Shown piece after piece: positions 59,144 to 64,000 of a stretch of 64,000 nt of DNA (position 1 is the stretch's first letter; each line of letters starts with the position of its first letter). The notes under the pieces are model-generated. The model was not told the DNA's origin. It worked only from the letters and a program-made list of their open reading frames with translations, and did not search any database. The position numbers were made by a program, and so were the translations under genes. Source of the DNA: an uncultured delta proteobacterium (GTDB taxonomy: Bacteria > Myxococcota > Myxococcia > SLRQ01); the NCBI GenBank assembly GCA_963727485.1, contig CAVSGM010000001.1:832001-896000 (forward strand), in the 5' to 3' direction.

Positions 59144-59482
59144 ATGCTTCGCAAGCTCGCCGTTCTCGCCACCCTCTTCGCCTTCATCGGCGTCTCCCTG
59201 CCGGCCCTCGCCGACGCGCCCCTGAAGACGGCCAACCAGCGCCAGGCGCGCCAGGAGCACCGCATCCGCCAGGGCGCCCGCTCCGGCCAGCTCACCCACC
59301 GCGAGGCCCGCAAGCTCCAGCGCCAGCAGCGCCACATCCGCAAGATGAAGCGGCGCGCCCGCCGGGACGGCAAGGTCACCCGCCGGGAGAAGCGGCGCAT
59401 CAACCGCGCCCAGAACCGCGCCAACCGGAACATCCGCCGGAAGAAGCACAACCGGCGCGTCCGCCGCCGCGACCGCAAGTAG
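59144..59482 (+). CDS. Secreted, extremely Arg/Lys-rich small helical protein
   Basis: AGGAG RBS, signal peptide ending ALA, RIRQG..SGQLT.REA and DGKVTRREK repeats. Confidence 0.75.
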   Translation: MLRKLAVLATLFAFIGVSLPALADAPLKTANQRQARQEHRIRQGARSGQLTHREARKLQRQQRHIRKMKRRARRDGKVTRREKRRINRAQNRANRNIRRKKHNRRVRRRDRK

Positions 59483-59619
59483 TCGCGACTCCGCCGTCCC
59501 GTGGCCGGCGTCCCCCCGGGGGCGCCGGTCGCGCGTATCCGGCCCCGGATCCGGGGGTCAGGGTGGGAGGGCCGCGGAGGGGGGTGACGAGGCACGCCAC
59601 CCCCCTCGGGTCCGTCGTC

Positions 59620-61969
59620 CTAGGGGCAGGTCACCGTGTTGCCGGTGTACGCCGCCGGGGAGACGGTGCCGCTGACGTAGAGCGAGGGGCTCCGGAGCTG
59701 GATGCGACCGTCCGCGCCCGCGCCGCCGGTGCCGCCGGTGCCGCAGCTGCTGTCGCTGAGGCCCAGCCGCCTCCGCCGCCAAGCGCGCTCACCGTGCCGC
59801 TGACGGACACGAAGATGGTGCCGTCCAGCCAGAGGCTGCCGCCGCTGCCGCCGCCACCACCGCCGCAAGAGGAATAGCAGCCCTGGCTGCTCGAGCTGCC
59901 GCCCGTGCCACCGTCGACCGAGATCGTCCCGGGGACCGAGATGGTCGGCGCGGTGATGCGCAGGGCCGCGCCACCTCCGCCACCCCCGGCCTTGCCGAAG
60001 GTGCAGCCCGCGCCGCAGCCGGGGCTGCCGCCGTTGCCGCCTGGGCTGAAGACCGACATCTGCGCGTCGCCCCAGGCCGCACCGCCGCCGCCGCCGCCGC
60101 CCGGGTAGAAGCCGGAGCCACCGGCGCCCGCAGAGCCGACCGCGGAGTAGCCGCCGCCGCCGCCGCCGCCGCCGGAGCAGGTGCCGCCACCGCCGTTGCC
60201 GCCGGTGCCGTTCGTTCCCCCGCCCACTCCCACACCGGAGATCGTTCCCTGGACGAGGACGTTGTCGGAGGCATTGAGGATGGTCACGCCGGCCGAGAGC
60301 TTCAGCGTCCCGCCCGCGGCGACGACGACGTTGCGGAAGTTGTGCGTGCCAGCGGTCAGCGTCACGGTCTTGCCCGAGGCGACGGTCAGGTCTCCTTCGC
60401 TGGCGGTCGAGCACGAGGGCGCGCAGCCGAACTGGGTGCACGTCGAGCCCGCGGCACAGACGTTGCCGCAGGCCATGCAGTTGTTGTTGTCCAGCGTGAG
60501 GTCGGTGCAGGTGGCGGCGGCTCCGGTGCCGCAGGTGGTCAGCGGGTCGGGGCAGCTGCACGTCCCCCCGCTGCACGCCCCGCCGTTCGGGCAGGTGGTT
60601 CCGCAGGTCCCGCAGTTGGCGTTGTCCGTCTGCAGGTTGGCGCAGTAGGCCCCGGCCGTGCCGGCCCCGCACTCGGTCAGGGTTCCGCCGCAGGTCGTGG
60701 CGCAGGTGCCGCCGGAGCAGACCTGGCCCGCGGGGCAGGCGGTCCCGCAGGTTCCGCAGTTGGCGTTGTCCGTCTGCAGGTTGGCGCAGTAGGCGCTGGC
60801 CGTGCCGGCCCCGCACTCGCTCGAGGTTCCGCCGCAGGTCGTGGCGCAGGTGCCGCCGGAGCAGACCTGGCCCGCCGGGCACGTGGTCCCGCAGGTCCCG
60901 CAGTTGGCGTTGTCGGTCTGCAGGTTGGCGCAGTAGGCGCCGGTCGTGCCGGCCCCGCACTCGCTCAGGGTTCCGCCGCAGGTCGTGGCGCAGGAGCCGC
61001 CGGAGCAGACCTGGCCCGCCGGGCACGTGGTCCCGCAGGTCCCGCAGTTGGCGTTGTCGGTCTGCAGGCTGGCGCAGTAGGCGCCGGCCGTGCCGGCCCC
61101 GCACTCGCTCGAGGGTTCCTCCGCAGGTCGTGGCGCAGGTGCCGCCGGAGCAGACCTGGCCTGCGGGGCAGGAGGTCCCGCAGGTCCCACAGTTGGCGTT
61201 GTCGGTCTGCAGGTTGGCGCAGTACGCCGCGCCGCCGTTCGGATCCGCGCACTGGGTGAGGCCGCTGCCACAGGTGGTGGTGCAGACTCCGGCGGTGCAG
61301 GCCTGGCCGTCCGGGCAGGTGGTCCCGCAGGTTCCGCAGTTGGCGTTGTCGGTCTGCAGGTTGGCGCAGTACGGGCGCGCCACCGTTCGCATCCGGGCAC
61401 TGGGTGAGGCCGCTGCCACAGGTGGTGGTGCAAGCGCCGGCGGTGCAGGCCTGGCCGTCCGGACAGGTGGTCCCGCAGGTCCCACAGTTGGCGTTGTCGG
61501 TCTGCAGGTCGGCGCAGTAGGCCCCGGCCGTGCCGGCCCCGCACTCGCTGAGGGTGCCGCCGCAGGTCGTCGCGCAGGCGCCGTCGGAGCAGACCTGGCC
61601 CGCGGGACAGGTGGTCCCACAGGTCCCGCAGTTGGCGTTGTCCGTCTGCAGGTTGGCGCAGTAGGCCGCGCCGCCGTCTCCGCCGCCGCACTGGCTGAGG
61701 CCGGCGCCGCAGGTGACGGTGCAAGCGCCCGCGGAGCAGACCTGGCCCGAGGGGCAGGCGTTCCCACAGGCGCCGCAGTTCTGGCTGTCGACCGAGGTGT
61801 CGATGCACGTCAATCCGCACTCCACCTGGCCGGAGGGGCAGGTCGGGCCCGTGGACCCGTCGGGTGTCGCCCCGGCGCTACCGCCTCCGCAGCCGGCCAC
61901 CCCGAGGGCACCGGTCAAGATCACCAAGATGAGGAGGGAGCGGTAGCTCGTCTGTGTTGCGGTAGGCAA
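59620..61969 (-). CDS. Cys-rich tandem-repeat lipoprotein with Gly-rich C-terminal domain (frameshifts at ~61375, ~61113 and ~59768)
   Basis: AGGAG + TTG start, lipobox VAGC; repeats YCANLQTDNANCGTCGTTCP.GQVC; GGGGGG...G.I C-terminal region. Confidence 0.8.
60450..61810 (-). repeat. Coding tandem repeat, 144/147-bp unit, 8 near-identical plus 2 degenerate copies
   Basis: Anchor gttggcgttgtc at 60615, 60759, 60903, 61047, 61192, 61339, 61487, 61631. Confidence 0.9.
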
Positions 61970-62139
61970 TGAGGGTCTCCTAGGGGTGTGAGTGGGTGCC
62001 CAAGCTGACATGGATCAGAAGACCTCAGGTCGGGCCTCCACTCCAAGAGTTATCGCCGGCCGCGTTTCGGGGGCGGTTGACGCGCGTATCCGGCCCCGGA
62101 TCCGGATGCTATGGTGGGAGGACCGCGGAGATCCCCGCC

Positions 62140-63445
62140 ATGCACCTGCGGCTGCCTGCCCTCTCAAACACCCAGCTCCCCTCCGCTCCCACCGCCCTGG
62201 CGGCCGACCTCGACCGGCGCCTGGCGGCGGGGCTCGAGGGCTACGTGGAGGCCGAGCTCCCGGGCGAGGTCGCGGTGCTCTTCCTCCACCAGGGCAAGAC
62301 CTACTGCGCCGGGCGCATGGACGAGGACGGGCGCTTCGGGGCCCTGTCCCTGCCGCGCTTCTTCGCCAGCCTCGACGGCGCGCGGTCGGTGACCCTCTGC
62401 GCGACCGACCTCCCGCTCTTCCTCTGCACCGCGGTCCTCTTCCGCAAGGCGCCGGCGGCGCAGATCCCCTCGAGCCTGGTGGACAGCGCCGCCATCCTCG
62501 ACCAGCTCCGGGAGGCCGGCCGCGACGCGGTGCTGGTGATCCGCCGGGGCGCGCGCGCAGAGCCTGGTGTTCTGCCGCGAGGGGCGTGCCCATGGCCCTC
62601 TACCCCGGACCCGGCGAGCGCTTCCCCGAGGCGGACACGGTCACCGACCGGATCGTGGAGTACGTCTACGCCGGCGACGGCAAGACCGAGGTCACCCTCG
62701 ACCTCTACGACGAGATTCTCGTTGCCCCCGGCGCCGGAGGCCGGCCGCCCGGTGTCGAGCTACCGCCTCGACCTCGAGGACGACGGGCCCGAGATCACCC
62801 TGGAGGTACGCCTCGGGGGCCGGGTGGTCTTCGCCTTCCCCATGTTCGGCGACGAGATCACCATGGGCCGCGGCGGGGACAACGACTTGGCCCTGGACAA
62901 CCTCTCGGTCTCCCGGCGCCACGCCCGGGTGCGCCGGGTGGGCGAGCGCCTCGACGTCGCCGACCTCGGCAGCGAGAACGGCCTGAAGGTCGACGGCGAG
63001 CAGGTGGAGCAGGTGACCCTCGGCCCCGGCGACGAGGTGGGCATCGGCCGCTACACCCTGGTGTTCCGCCTCGGGCCCGGGGCGCGGTGTCCCGGCGCCG
63101 CCCCCGAAGCGCCCGGCGGTGGCGGCGGTGGAGGAGACCATCGCCATCAACCCCGACGACAAGGTCGCCGAGATCGAGCACGCAGGCGCGGTGCACAAGA
63201 TCGGCGGCTGGGTGTTCACCATCGGCCGCAAGGGCGACGCCAGCCTCCGGATCCGCGGCCTGGGCGTCGGGGGCATCCACGCGCGCATCAACCGCGACCC
63301 CGACGGGCGCTACCGGGTGGAGCACGTCGCCGGCCTCTCGTCCCTCAAGCTCAACGATCGCAAGGTCGAGCGCGCCGAGCTCAAGGACGGCGACGAGCTG
63401 GGCATCGGGAGCCGGCGGTTCCGCTTCCGGTTGCGGGCGCGGTGA
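62140..63445 (+). CDS. Double-FHA-domain protein with N-terminal DUF4388-like region (several frameshifts)
   Basis: FHA1 MGR...ND..L....VSRRHA...DLGSENG; FHA2 IGRK......GIHARI...LKDGDELGIG; frame breaks at ~62555, ~62583, 62714-62718 and ~63088. Confidence 0.75.
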
Positions 63446-63641
63446 GGCCAGCCGGCGGCGGATGTCCGCCGAATCGGGAGACGCGTCGCACGATGCCGGC
63501 CTTCGCGTGTGCGTCGGCGGGCGCGTCTGCTGCCTGATGCCGGCGCCGAGTGGCGCAGGGCCCTTCAGACCCCTCCGGCGCCGGACCACCCGGCGCCTGC
63601 ATCACGCCGATGGCCTGCCCGTGCCGGGTCGCCGGCAACCG

Positions 63642-64000
63642 TCAGGGCGTGAGCCGATCGCCCGGGTGCCACCGTGGCCGCGACGCCCTTGGCCACCTCC
63701 AGCACCCGCCGCACTCCGTCGTGGCACACCTGGGTCGTGTCGCCGGCCGCGAACGTCTCGATCGCCACCACCTTGCCGGCGCCGTCGACGTAGACGGCGT
63801 CGATGGGGAAGGTGACCTCGCCGTTGGCGATGCACACCTGGCCGGCGCTGGGGAAGGGCAGGAGCAGCCCGTCTCCGGTCCCCAGCGCCGCGTGCCCTGC
63901 GAGCCCCCGCTGCCGGGCGGCCTCGGTGCTGGCGACCTCGGCGCACACCGAGAACCGCTCGATGCCGGTCAGCGACGCCACCCGCTCCGCCGTCGTCCCC
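63642..64000 (-). CDS. DUF192 family protein, 5' end outside window
   Basis: AEVAST...RQRGL, GLLL.F, FPIDAVYVD, VLEV..G; likely ends PGDRLTP after a 1-nt fix near 63661. Confidence 0.8.

Noticed and set aside
60450..61810. Regularly spaced repeats considered as a CRISPR array
   Set aside because: The 144/147-bp units are codon-multiple, encode Cys-rich protein repeats and have no unique spacers; no cas genes are present
1527..63661. Frameshifted genes as true pseudogenes or programmed frameshifts
   Set aside because: Breaks sit mostly at GATC or homopolymers, catalytic motifs are intact and there are no in-frame stops; sequencing error is more parsimonious, pending reads
1..64000. Many long alternative-frame and antisense ORFs (e.g. 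33706..37782, 19232..22105, 48885..51830, 53129..56008)
   Set aside because: They are Arg/Pro/Gly-rich shadow ORFs expected at very high GC, and they overlap genes with clear family motifs

Overview
Very GC-rich, gene-dense bacterial chromosomal window with about 55 CDS and no recognisable rRNA, tRNA, CRISPR array, IS or prophage. The gene content (membrane Ser/Thr kinase, double-FHA protein, PilZ-receiver, extended PilT, Cys-rich repeat lipoproteins) suggests Myxococcota; this is an inference. About 10 genes carry 1-nt frameshifts that look like long-read errors, and at least six are GATC->GATTC insertions. The most interesting loci are: (1) a translationally coupled operon of a V4R/H-NOX-like sensor kinase, a ThDP enzyme and two degenerate citrate-synthase-fold proteins (18.6-23.6 kb), possibly a signal synthesis-plus-sensing unit; (2) an operon of a degenerate FAAL, SDR, ACP, B12-radical SAM enzyme and acyl-CoA dehydrogenase, divergent from an FNR-like regulator with an FNR-type palindrome (36-42.7 kb); (3) a desaturase / mycolate-methyltransferase-like enzyme + ACP lipid module; (4) a signal-less streptavidin homologue divergent from a dodecin; (5) an SPFH-NfeD-FloA-YqfB-like cluster; (6) a pseudo-rhomboid. 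All family calls come from motif recognition by eye; no database searches were run.
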